A stretch of 64,000 nt of DNA from an uncultured Actinomycetes bacterium (lineage in GTDB: Bacteria > Actinomycetota > Thermoleophilia > Gaiellales > JAICJC01). Every line of letters begins with the position of its first letter. The first letter of the stretch is position 1. The translations under genes were made by a program, and so were the position numbers. Below are positions 27,547 to 36,331 of the stretch, in pieces. The notes beneath the pieces were generated by a model. That model searched no databases and was not told the origin of the DNA. It saw only the letters and a program-made list of their open reading frames with translations. The stretch spans positions 836,851-900,850 of the forward strand of contig CAWEIZ010000007.1 in NCBI GenBank assembly GCA_963809325.1. Reading direction: 5' to 3'.

Positions 27547-28293
27547 ATGAAGCGCGGGCCAACCGCCGCCCGCCCGACGACGGAGCACGTGTGCAGCAGG
27601 ACCCGGAGGAAGTTCCTTCGCGTAACGGCCGATTTCGAGGTGGAGGTGGAGCCGCGAAGCGGTGGCACGCCGTTCACCGCCCACACCGTGAACGTCTCCG
27701 CCGGCGGCGCGAAGCTGGTCGCCGAGAAGCCGGTGGCGCTCAACGACCGGCTCCGGCTCGAGATCCGCTTCGAGGGCCCGACGTTCCTGGTCTTCGTCGA
27801 CGCCACGGTCGTTCGCATCGAGAAGTCGCGCTCGCCGTGGGTGTTCGCCGTCCAGTTCCACGACCTCGACCGCTACATCGAGCAGCGAATCGTGCGCTGG
27901 GTCTTCGCGGAGGATCGCCGGGTCGCCGAGCGCCGGGCCGCGGTGCGCGTCCCGGTGAACGTCCTCGCCTGGTGCCGGCCCGCCGACGGCGGCATCCGGT
28001 TCCGCGCCGGGACGATCGACCTCGCCGCCGACGGGGCACGCATCATCACGTTCCAGGCGTGCAACGTGGGCGACCACCTCGAGATCGAGTTCGACGTCGA
28101 CGAGCCCGCCTACCACGTCACAGCGGTCGCCGAGATCGTGTGGATGGAGCGGGTGTTCGACGGCCGCTGGACGTACGGCATGCGCTTCGAGCAGCTCGAC
28201 CGGGCGATCCAGCGCCAGATCGTCGAGCATGCGCTCCGCGCAACGGGCGGTCGGCCTCCCCCGTCCGGGGGACAGCGCGATACGCCGAAATGA
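27547..28293 (+). CDS. tandem PilZ-domain protein (putative c-di-GMP receptor)
   Basis: Module 1 is RRKFLR ... NVSAGG. Module 2 is RRAAVR ... DLAADG. Matches the RxxxR / (D/N)xSxxG pattern. Confidence 0.75.
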   Translation: MKRGPTAARPTTEHVCSRTRRKFLRVTADFEVEVEPRSGGTPFTAHTVNVSAGGAKLVAEKPVALNDRLRLEIRFEGPTFLVFVDATVVRIEKSRSPWVFAVQFHDLDRYIEQRIVRWVFAEDRRVAERRAAVRVPVNVLAWCRPADGGIRFRAGTIDLAADGARIITFQACNVGDHLEIEFDVDEPAYHVTAVAEIVWMERVFDGRWTYGMRFEQLDRAIQRQIVEHALRATGGRPPPSGGQRDTPK

Positions 28294-28334
28294 TGATGCC
28301 GCCACTCCGGCTCCGGGGTCGATGAACCCGCAGC

Positions 28335-29342
28335 ATGGCGGCCCCCCTCCTCGTATCGCTCGCGCTCGTCGCGATCGGGTTCATGTTTGCGCTGCTCCTC
28401 TGCGCCCGCCGTGTCCACGCGAACCGGTTGGAGCGCGAGGATCTCGCCGCCCGCCGTCACGCTGAGCCGATCCTGCACGCCCTGCTCGACGGCGACGAGG
28501 CCGATCGACGCATGAGCGCCGACGACGCCACGCTGGCGACCATGCTGGCCGAGCTCTCCCCGTCGCTCACCGGCGACACGCGTGCGTCGATCGCCGAGCA
28601 CTTCGAGTCGACCGGCGCGATCGGACGGGCGACCCGCGGGCTGGGCCATCCGCTCGCGCACCGCCGTGCCGAGAGCGCGGCGCTCCTCGGCGACATGTGC
28701 AGCAACCAGGCCGAGCCGGTGCTCCTCCTGGCGCTGAACGATCGCGACCCCGACGTGCGCCTGGCCGCGACGCGCAGCCTCGGCCGCCTGCGCGCCCGCT
28801 CGGCCGTCATCCCGATCCTGCACTCGCTGGCCTGCCGTCACGTGCCGCGCGCCGTGGCGGCGAACGCCGTCCTCACGATCGGCGCCGCCGCGCTCCCGGG
28901 GATCCGGACGCTGATCCACACCGAGCATCCCGCCACCCGGGCAGCTGCCGTCGAGCTCCTCGGCCGGCTCGGGAACCCGCGCGACGGCGTGTCGCTGCGC
29001 GGTCGCCTCACCGACGACGCGCCCCTCGTGCGCGAGCGGGCATGCGAGGCGCTCGCGTATCTCGGCGCCGACGACGTCGACGGGGCGCTCGAGGATCTCC
29101 TCGCCGACGACGTGCGGAACGTGCGCGTCGCCGCAGCCGCGGCGCTGGCCCGGGTCGGCGGCCCGCACAACGCAGCGCGCCTGCTCGAGATCGTGCACCA
29201 CGACTGCGCCGAGGTCGCCGAGGTCGCGGCCGCCACGCTCGCAACCATCGCGCCGGCGATCGTCTCGCGAGCCGCCGCCGAGGAGGACGCCCACCCGCGC
29301 GTGCGGCACGCGGCCAGCATGCTCGAGGCCGGCCTCGCATGA
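28335..29342 (+). CDS. membrane-anchored HEAT-repeat protein
   Basis: N-terminal TM helix, then DPDVRLAATRSLGRL, HPATRAAAVELLGRLG, APLVRERACEALAYLG and VRNVRVAAAAALARVG repeats. Confidence 0.7.
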   Translation: MAAPLLVSLALVAIGFMFALLLCARRVHANRLEREDLAARRHAEPILHALLDGDEADRRMSADDATLATMLAELSPSLTGDTRASIAEHFESTGAIGRATRGLGHPLAHRRAESAALLGDMCSNQAEPVLLLALNDRDPDVRLAATRSLGRLRARSAVIPILHSLACRHVPRAVAANAVLTIGAAALPGIRTLIHTEHPATRAAAVELLGRLGNPRDGVSLRGRLTDDAPLVRERACEALAYLGADDVDGALEDLLADDVRNVRVAAAAALARVGGPHNAARLLEIVHHDCAEVAEVAAATLATIAPAIVSRAAAEEDAHPRVRHAASMLEAGLA

Positions 29343-30739
29343 GAACCGCGGTCGAGGTCGTCGGCATCCTGTCGGTGGCCTACGCCGCGGCGATCAACGT
29401 CTGCTATCTGCTGCTGTGGCCGCTCGCCCGGCGTGGGATGCAGAAGACCATCCGCCGCCGCGGCTGGGCCTGGCACCAGGAGGCGCTGTCCTCACCGCTC
29501 ACGCCCGGCGTGTCGATCGTCGTGCCGGCGTTCAACGAGGAGGAGGTGATCCTCGACTCGGTCGCCTCGCTCCTTGGCCAGCGCTACCCGGTCTTCGAGA
29601 TCGTGATCGTGGATGACGGGTCGACCGACGCGACGGCCGCCAGGATGATCGAGGAGCATGGCCTGCGCCGCGTCGAGCCCGCACCGCGGAACCTGCTCCA
29701 GTACGAGCCGGTGCGCGAGCTCTACCGCGGCGGGTCCCCGATCGACGTCACCCTCGTCCGGAAGGACAACGGCGGCCGGGCCGACGCCCTGAACGCCGGG
29801 CTCGACCTGGCCAGGCACCCATACGTGTGCGTCACCGACGCCGACTCGATCCTCGACCCCGACGCGCTGACGGTCATGATGCGGCCGGTGCAGGAGGACC
29901 CCGACCGGGTGATCGCCGTCGGCGGGACCGTGCGGGTCGCGAACTCCTCGCGGGTCGAGGCCGGCCGCGTCGTGGAGCCGCGCATGCCGGCCGGGCACCT
30001 GGCCCGCTTCCAGGTCGTCGAATACCTGCGTGCGTTCCTGTACGGCCGCGTTGCGTGGGATGCGATCGGCGCGCTCTTCATCGTGTCCGGCGCGTTCGGC
30101 CTCTTCCGCCGCGACGTGGTCGAGGAGGTCGGCGGCTACTGGGTCGACACGGTCGGCGAGGACCTCGAGTTGACGGTGCGGCTGCACCGGCACATGCGCG
30201 ACCAGGGGCGGCCCTACCGGATCACGTTCGCGGCCGACCCGGTGTGCTGGACGGAGGCGCCCGCCGACTTGGCCATCCTCGGAAGCCAGCGGCGCCGCTG
30301 GCACCGCGGCCTGTGGGAGAGCCTGTGGCGGCACCGCTCGATGATGCTGCGCCGCCGCTACGGCGCGGTCGGGATGCTGGCGCTGCCCTACTGCCTCGTG
30401 TTCGAGTTCGGAAGCCCGCTCATGGAGGCTGCCGCCTGGATCGCCTTCCCGATCGGCATAAGCCTCGGCGTGATCGACGTCGCGATCGTGTTCGCGTACA
30501 TCGTCTTGGCGTGGATCTTCGGGACGGTGATCACGCTGATCGCCTGCGGGCTCGAGGAGCGCGGCTACCGCCACTACCGGCGCACGCGCGACCTGGGCCG
30601 CATGTTCGTGGCAGCCGTCTTCGAGAACATCGGGTTCCGGCAGCTCGTCGACGTCTACCGACTCCGGGGCGTTTGGGACCTCGCCCGCCGCCGGGAAGGC
30701 TGGGGCACGATGAAGCGCCGCGGCTTCGAAACCACGTAG
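29339..30739 (+). CDS. processive family-2 glycosyltransferase (PgaC/IcaA/cellulose-synthase-like polysaccharide synthase)
   Basis: VVPAFNEE, DADSILDPD, GEDLEL, QRRRWHRG (QxxRW). TM helices at both ends. ATG overlaps the HEAT gene stop (ATGA). Confidence 0.85.
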   Translation: MRTAVEVVGILSVAYAAAINVCYLLLWPLARRGMQKTIRRRGWAWHQEALSSPLTPGVSIVVPAFNEEEVILDSVASLLGQRYPVFEIVIVDDGSTDATAARMIEEHGLRRVEPAPRNLLQYEPVRELYRGGSPIDVTLVRKDNGGRADALNAGLDLARHPYVCVTDADSILDPDALTVMMRPVQEDPDRVIAVGGTVRVANSSRVEAGRVVEPRMPAGHLARFQVVEYLRAFLYGRVAWDAIGALFIVSGAFGLFRRDVVEEVGGYWVDTVGEDLELTVRLHRHMRDQGRPYRITFAADPVCWTEAPADLAILGSQRRRWHRGLWESLWRHRSMMLRRRYGAVGMLALPYCLVFEFGSPLMEAAAWIAFPIGISLGVIDVAIVFAYIVLAWIFGTVITLIACGLEERGYRHYRRTRDLGRMFVAAVFENIGFRQLVDVYRLRGVWDLARRREGWGTMKRRGFETT

Positions 30740-30755
30740 GGGCCGGCGAACCCCA

Positions 30756-30782
30756 GGGCCAGGCCCCATCCGGGCCTGGCCC
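30756..30782. terminator. GC-rich hairpin (11-bp stem, CATCC loop) between convergent genes
   Basis: GGGCCAGGCCC-CATCC-GGGCCTGGCCC sits 17 nt after the GT2 stop. No U-tract. A near-identical ~40-mer recurs at 43521-43562. Confidence 0.5.
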
Positions 30783-30816
30783 CGGTGGTCCGCCCGACCG
30801 CCACCCCGGCCCGCAG

Positions 30817-31473
30817 CTACGGGGCGCCGGCGGCGTCGGTCAGGATCGTGGTGCGGTCGGCCGGCAGGAGGCTCGCGGGATAGCGCCGATCGGGCCCGCG
30901 GAGCACCGCCGCGATCGCTTCGGCCTTGGACGCGCCCGGCGCCAGGATGAGGATCGACACGGCGCGCTCGAAGACCGGCAGGGTGAGCGTGATCCGGCGC
31001 GGCGGCGGCTTCGACGCCGTCACGGCGACCGCCGCCCGGTCGCGCACGTCCAGGGCCGGGCTCTCGGGGAAGAGCGACGCGGTGTGCCCGTCCGGGCCGA
31101 GCCCGAGCAGCGCCAGGTCGAGCGCGACCCCATGGATCGCGGTCGCATACGCGGCGGCGGCCGCCTCCGGGTCGTCCTCCCCGCGGATGCGGTGGACGTT
31201 TCGCTCGGGGATGTCGATGCGCGAGATGAGGGTCTCGGCGGCGGTGCGGTAGTTCGAGTCGGGGTCGTCAGGTGGGACGCAGCGCTCGTCACCGAACCAC
31301 AGCTCGACCCGCGACCAGTCGATCCCCGGCTCAGCCGCGAGGAGCTCGTACGTCCGCCGCGGCGTGTTGCTGCCCGCGAGAGAGATCGCGCCGCCCGTGC
31401 GCGCGACGGCCGCCATCGCCGCAGCGGCTCGGAGCGCCGCTTCCTCGGGATCGGCAGCGACGGTCAGCTGCAC
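30817..31473 (-). CDS. pgl: 6-phosphogluconolactonase
   Basis: SLAGSNTP, WFGDERCVP, LLGLGPDGHTASLFP. GTG 31473 lies 10 nt after the ppk stop and is preferred to the overlapping 31536 start. Confidence 0.8.
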   Translation of the reverse strand: MQLTVAADPEEAALRAAAAMAAVARTGGAISLAGSNTPRRTYELLAAEPGIDWSRVELWFGDERCVPPDDPDSNYRTAAETLISRIDIPERNVHRIRGEDDPEAAAAAYATAIHGVALDLALLGLGPDGHTASLFPESPALDVRDRAAVAVTASKPPPRRITLTLPVFERAVSILILAPGASKAEAIAAVLRGPDRRYPASLLPADRTTILTDAAGAP

Positions 31474-31483
31474 CGCGTCACCG

Positions 31484-33601
31484 CTAGACGGAGCGCGGCG
31501 TCCGCCGGCTGCGGGGCCGCGCCCGCAGGCGCGCACGCCGCATGAGGACCGCGTGGCTCCCGCGCTTGGTCCCGCGCCGCTCGGGGCGAAGGCGCGTCCA
31601 CGACCCGTCGGCCTCGAGCACCCAGGCCTGGGTGCGATCGCCGAGCAGCGTGTCGAAGATCGTCGAGATCTCGTGCTGGAGGCGTGCGTCCTCGACCGGT
31701 GTCAGGACCTCGATCCGGTGGTCGAGGTTGCGCGGCATGATGTCGGCGCTCCCGAGCAGGTAGGTCGCCTGGTCGCCGGCCTCGAACGCGAAGAGGCGGC
31801 TGTGCTCGAGGAAGCGGCCGGCGATCGAGCGCACGTGGATCCGTTCCGACAGGCCGGGGACGCCCGGCCGGAGCGAGCAGATCGAACGCGCCACGATGTC
31901 GATGCGGGCGCCGGCCTGCGATGCGCGGTAGAGCTCCTCGATGACGGCGGGATCGGTGAGCGAGTTGACCTTCATTCTGACCGTCGCCGGCTGGCCGGAG
32001 GCGGCGGCGTCGGCAACCGAGCGGATGTGGTCGATCAGGCGCGTGCGCAGGTTGAACGGCGCCACGAGGAGCTTCCGGAACTGCTGCGGCCGGCCGAACC
32101 CGGTCATGTGGTTGAAGAGGTCGGCGACGTCCGCGGTGATCGCCTCGTCGTCGGTGAACAGGCCGAGATCCTCGTAGAGGCGCGCGGTCGCGCCGTTGTA
32201 GTTGCCGGTTCCGATGTGCGCGTAGCGGCGCAGCACGCCGCCCTCGCGCCTGATCACGAGCGTCGTCTTGGCGTGGATCTTGAGGTCGCGGAACCCGTGG
32301 ACGACGTGCACGCCCGCCTGCTCCATCGCCCGCGTCCACTCGATGTTCCGGCGCTCGTCGAAGCGGGCCCTCAGCTCGACCAGGCACACCGCCTGCTTGG
32401 CCCGCTCGGCCGCCTCGATCAGCGCCGGGAGGAGCGCGGTGTCGTCGGACGTTCGGTAGACCGTGGTCTTGACCCCCACGACGCCCGCGTCCTTGGCCGC
32501 CGCGCGCACGAAGGCCTCGACGGACGTGACGAACGACTCGTACGGCAGGTGCACGAGCAGGTCGTCGGCCCGGATCCGCGCGAAGAGGTCTCCGGAGGCC
32601 TCGGGATCCGCCAGACGGGCACGGGTCACCGGAATCCACGGATCGTGCTTGAGGTCCGGCCGGTCGAGGTCGGCGATCTCGCGCAGGTCGGCCATATCCA
32701 TCAGCCCCGGCGTGTCGTACACCTGCGCGTCGGTCACGCCCAGGCCGTTGCACAGCCGCTCGCGCATCGCGGCCGACATCCCGTCCGAGACCTCGAGCCG
32801 CACGGCGTCGCCGAACCGGCGCCGGCGCAGCTCCGACTCGACGGCCTCCAGCAGGTCGTCGGCCTCGTCCGAGAGCTCGAAGTCGGCATCGCGGGTGACG
32901 CGGAAGAGGCTCTGCTCGAGGATCTCGATCCCCGGAAAGAGGCGGCTCGAGAAGTGCGCGATCACCTCCTCGAGCGGCGCGAGCCGCCAGCCCGGCCCCT
33001 CACCGACCGGGACGAACCGCGCCAGCCCCTCGGGCACCTTGACCCGAGCGAAGCGCTCCTCGCCCGACACCGGGTCGCGCGCGATGAACCCGAGGCTGAG
33101 CGAGAGGCCGGAGATGTACGGAAACGGCTGCCCGGGGCCGACGGCGAGCGGCGTCAGCACCGGATACACGTTCCGCTCGAACCACTCGCCCACCGCCGCC
33201 TGCTCGGTCGCCGTGCAGCTCTCGAACGTGCAGATCTCAATGCCCTCGGCGCGCAGGGCGGGCACGAGGACCTCCTGCCAGAGCTCGACCTGGCGCGCCC
33301 GCAGGGCGATGACGCGCTCGCGGATCTCGGCCAGGGCAACGGCCGGCGTCCGCCCGTCGGCGGACCGAACGGCGAGACCCGCCGCGATCTGGCCCTCGAG
33401 GCCGGCGACCCGGATCATGAAGAACTCGTCGAGCGTCGCGGCCACGATGGAGCACATCCGCACGCGCTCGAGGAGCGGCCACGCGTCGTCCTCGGCGAGC
33501 TCGAGGCACCGCCGGTCCCAATCGAGCCAGGAGAGCTCCCGATTCAGGTAGCGGTCGCCGGGAGCCTCGGGCGGGCGAATGACGGCGGCCAGCTCATCCA
33601 T
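31484..33601 (-). CDS. ppk: polyphosphate kinase 1
   Basis: YLNRELSWLDWDRRCLELAED N-terminus, 705 aa, typical PPK1 length and blocks. Confidence 0.92.
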   Translation of the reverse strand: MDELAAVIRPPEAPGDRYLNRELSWLDWDRRCLELAEDDAWPLLERVRMCSIVAATLDEFFMIRVAGLEGQIAAGLAVRSADGRTPAVALAEIRERVIALRARQVELWQEVLVPALRAEGIEICTFESCTATEQAAVGEWFERNVYPVLTPLAVGPGQPFPYISGLSLSLGFIARDPVSGEERFARVKVPEGLARFVPVGEGPGWRLAPLEEVIAHFSSRLFPGIEILEQSLFRVTRDADFELSDEADDLLEAVESELRRRRFGDAVRLEVSDGMSAAMRERLCNGLGVTDAQVYDTPGLMDMADLREIADLDRPDLKHDPWIPVTRARLADPEASGDLFARIRADDLLVHLPYESFVTSVEAFVRAAAKDAGVVGVKTTVYRTSDDTALLPALIEAAERAKQAVCLVELRARFDERRNIEWTRAMEQAGVHVVHGFRDLKIHAKTTLVIRREGGVLRRYAHIGTGNYNGATARLYEDLGLFTDDEAITADVADLFNHMTGFGRPQQFRKLLVAPFNLRTRLIDHIRSVADAAASGQPATVRMKVNSLTDPAVIEELYRASQAGARIDIVARSICSLRPGVPGLSERIHVRSIAGRFLEHSRLFAFEAGDQATYLLGSADIMPRNLDHRIEVLTPVEDARLQHEISTIFDTLLGDRTQAWVLEADGSWTRLRPERRGTKRGSHAVLMRRARLRARPRSRRTPRSV

Positions 33602-33646
33602 TCGTGTGCGTGTCCCTCGTGCCCCGGGTGCTGCGACAGCTGCGGC

Positions 33647-33949
33647 CTACTCCCAGGAGAATTCGCTGGCGTGGGTGGTCTCCATCCACCCTCGGGGCTG
33701 GCTGTCGGCAGCGTCGACCGCCGGCATGGACTCGGTGTCCGCGCCCATGTCTGGGACCGCGGGATGCTCGCCGGTCTCCTCCTCCTCACGACGCGCGTCC
33801 GCCTCGGTCTTGAACAGCGGGTGGTTGTCGAACGGGTCGTCGTCCCGGAACTCCTCCAGCGGAAGATCGTCGTCAAGATGCTGATTTCGGCGCTTCAGCT
33901 CGAGGTGATGCTCGATCGCGGAAGCAAACAGAGAACCGCTCGTAGTCAT
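33647..33949 (-). CDS. small acidic protein, unknown function
   Basis: 100 aa, Asp/Glu-rich, reasonable GC3. No family recognised. Confidence 0.45.
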   Translation of the reverse strand: MTTSGSLFASAIEHHLELKRRNQHLDDDLPLEEFRDDDPFDNHPLFKTEADARREEEETGEHPAVPDMGADTESMPAVDAADSQPRGWMETTHASEFSWE

Positions 33950-34052
33950 CCACCGTCCTCCCGATCAGTGGTCACTGGGTACGAAAACGCGATGCCAAGT
34001 GTACCAAGCGAGCGGGCGATCCGTCCGGTAGGGGACGTCCGCGTTGTCCGAT

Positions 34053-35303
34053 TCACCACGCCTCGGCGACGGTCACGTGGTTCTTGCCGTCGCGCTTGGC
34101 CTGGTAGAGCGCGGCGTCCGCGGAGGCGATGAGGTCGATCTGGGTCATCGAGTCCTCGGGGCCCGCCGCGACGCCGAAGCTGGCAGTGATGCCCTCGATC
34201 TCGTCGGCGCCGAACCGGATCGGCCGTGTTGCGATCTCGCGGCGGAGGCGTTCGGCGAGCTGAGCCGCGCCGTCCTGCGCCGTCTGCGGCAGGAGGATCG
34301 CGAACTCCTCGCCGCCGTACCGCGCGGCCAGGTCGATCTCGCGGATCAGCTCAGCGAGCGTGGTGGCCACGCCGTGCAGCACCGCGTCGCCCGCCAGGTG
34401 GCCGCGAGTGTCGTTGATCTGCTTGAAATCGTCGATGTCGAGGAGGATCAGCGAGAGCGGCGTCCCGAACCGCTGAGAGCGCTCGTACTCCCGCCCCAGC
34501 ACCTCGTAGAACTGGCGCCGGTTGGCGAGGCCGGTCAGCGCGTCGGTGACCGCCTGGCGCTCGACGACGCGGTGCAGCCGCGCGTTCTCGATCGCGACGC
34601 CGGCCTGTACGGCGAGCGCCGAGAGCGACTCGATGTCGTCGTCGCCGAAGCCGCCGTCCTCGGGATCGACGGTGGTGACGAGGCCGAGCAGCTGGTGCTC
34701 GCGCAGGATCGGGACTGCGAGCATCGCGCGGGGAGCCTGGACGACGCGCGGCTCGTGCGCCGAGAGCGCCTCCCCCTCGAGGCCGATCCCGGCGGCAACG
34801 ACCATGGGCAGGTCGGTGCGCGATCCGCGGGCTGTGCCGATGCGGGCCTGCTCGATCGCCTCTCCACGCTCGGGGTCGTACAGCAGGAGGCGGCCGCCGC
34901 GGGCCCGGGTCGCCTGCACCGCCGTGTCGAGGACGGCACCGACGAGCGCATTCAGGTCGTGCGTCGCCGCCAGCGTCTCGCCGTAGCGCTGGAGGGTCTC
35001 CTTGAACCGGCCGCGCTCGGCCTCGAGCTCGCCGACCCGCGAGGAGAGCTCGCCCGAGATCTGGTCGATGGCGGCGCCGAGCTGGTCGAGCTCGTCGCCA
35101 CGGGTGCCGCCCCGGGCCAGCACCATGGCGCGCTCGGCCAGGTCGTTCAGCGCCCTCGACATCCAGTCGGCGGCGGCGAACGCCAGGACGCCGACGATGA
35201 GCGCGACCAGGATCAGCGGCACCAGGATGCGCAGCCGCTGGGAGTCGATCGCGTTATCGAGGGCGGAGCGCGGATACATCGCGACGAGCGAGCAGGACTT
35301 CAT
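34053..35303 (-). CDS. diguanylate cyclase (TM-HAMP-GAF-like-GGDEF)
   Basis: GGEEF active site with I-site REID five residues upstream. DALTGLANRR. TM helix LVPLILVALIVGVLAFAAADW near the N-terminus. Confidence 0.85.
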   Translation of the reverse strand: MKSCSLVAMYPRSALDNAIDSQRLRILVPLILVALIVGVLAFAAADWMSRALNDLAERAMVLARGGTRGDELDQLGAAIDQISGELSSRVGELEAERGRFKETLQRYGETLAATHDLNALVGAVLDTAVQATRARGGRLLLYDPERGEAIEQARIGTARGSRTDLPMVVAAGIGLEGEALSAHEPRVVQAPRAMLAVPILREHQLLGLVTTVDPEDGGFGDDDIESLSALAVQAGVAIENARLHRVVERQAVTDALTGLANRRQFYEVLGREYERSQRFGTPLSLILLDIDDFKQINDTRGHLAGDAVLHGVATTLAELIREIDLAARYGGEEFAILLPQTAQDGAAQLAERLRREIATRPIRFGADEIEGITASFGVAAGPEDSMTQIDLIASADAALYQAKRDGKNHVTVAEAW

Positions 35304-35935
35304 CGCTGCAGGGGATGCTCACGGCCAGGGCGCGCATCGAGACGCCCGGGATCGTCGCGTCGCTCGCCTCGCCGACGCCGATGCCCCTGGACCGGCCCGA
35401 CCACCGAACCGGTCGATGCGACCAGACGCCCGTCGGCGACGAGGCCGATGTCTCGGAAGCTGACCGGGTCAGACCGTCTGTCGAGCCGCTGGCCCAGCAG
35501 GTCGGCGCTGAAGGGAACGGCCGACGACCACCCGGCACCCGCTGCAATTGTCGATCTGCCACATTGCCTTCGAGGTACGGCACCGCTGGGGGGCCGCCCA
35601 CCTTGGCCTTGCCGCCTTTCTCGATGATCACCCGCGTGCCTTGGGAGGCGTCCGAGCAGGAAGCTCTGAAGGGTGGCGGCGTCGAGCGCCGGGTGCGCAG
35701 AGCGGGCGGCGGTCTGCACCTCGAGGCGGGCGGCGATGGTCGCCGCAGCGGTCTGAGCCTGAGCCACCTGCAAGCGGTACGCCTGACCGCCCGCCGTCAC
35801 GGCAGTCACCAGACCGCTGTCGACATTGGAGACCTTGTCGTGCTCGAGCAGCCGCAGCACGAGGTATCCGGCGGCTACCAGCGGAACCAGCGCCAGGCCG
35901 ATCAGCACGATGGAAAGCTTGTGACGAAACCGCAC
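35300..35935 (-). pseudogene. N-terminal TM plus extracytoplasmic sensor-like region upstream of the GGDEF gene, with apparent multiple frame switches
   Basis: The ORF is open in one frame, but GC3 and residue composition point to another path. It runs frame 1 (MRFRHKLSIVLIGLALVPLV...), frame 2 (ASQGTRVIIEKGGKAKVGGPPAVPYLEGNVA), frame 1 (STIAAGAGWSSAVPFSADLLGQ...VVGPVQG), frame 2 (IGVGEASDATIPGVSMRALAVSIPCS), then the GGDEF frame. Confidence 0.4.
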
Positions 35936-36078
35936 CTATGGCGCTCCCCGGGAAGCCCGTCCGTGGGCGTGTTCGATTCTATCCCGCGATGTGAAAACTG
36001 CCTCCCCCAGACGGGGGATGCCCTGCCAAGCGGAGTTCCACCGCGCCCGCGGCGTTCCTGCCGGCGGGCTGGAGCCTA

Positions 36079-36331
36079 GATCGTTGATTCCCAATTCCCG
36101 CGCGCCTGGACGCAATACTGCCTATGCAGGCCGACGGTGGCGGGGCTGCGGCTGCGAACCGTCGCATCGCGGCGTCCTCGGTCGCGCCGATATTCCCAAT
36201 ATCGGCGCTCCCTGCGTCCTTGCGCTACTCGGTTCTCGCCCATGAGCGACCTGCTGGATAGCAGGTCGCTCATGACCGCGGCAAGCCGTCGGCTTGCCGC
36301 TGGAACATCACGGAATCGGGAATCAACGATC
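36079..36331. repeat. structured MITE-like repeat, copy B (253 bp)
   Basis: TIRs GATCGTTGATTCCCAATTCC / GGAATCGGGAATCAACGATC within CTAG...CTAG. Hairpins at 36184-36208 (11 bp) and 36241-36274 (15 bp perfect). The right TA plus C forms the E1-beta stop codon. Confidence 0.85.

Noticed and set aside
33950-34052. Short inverted repeat GGTAC...GTACC in the gap between the acidic-protein gene and the GGDEF gene
   Set aside because: The arms are only 5-6 bp with a long spacer. That is within chance expectation and has no second copy.
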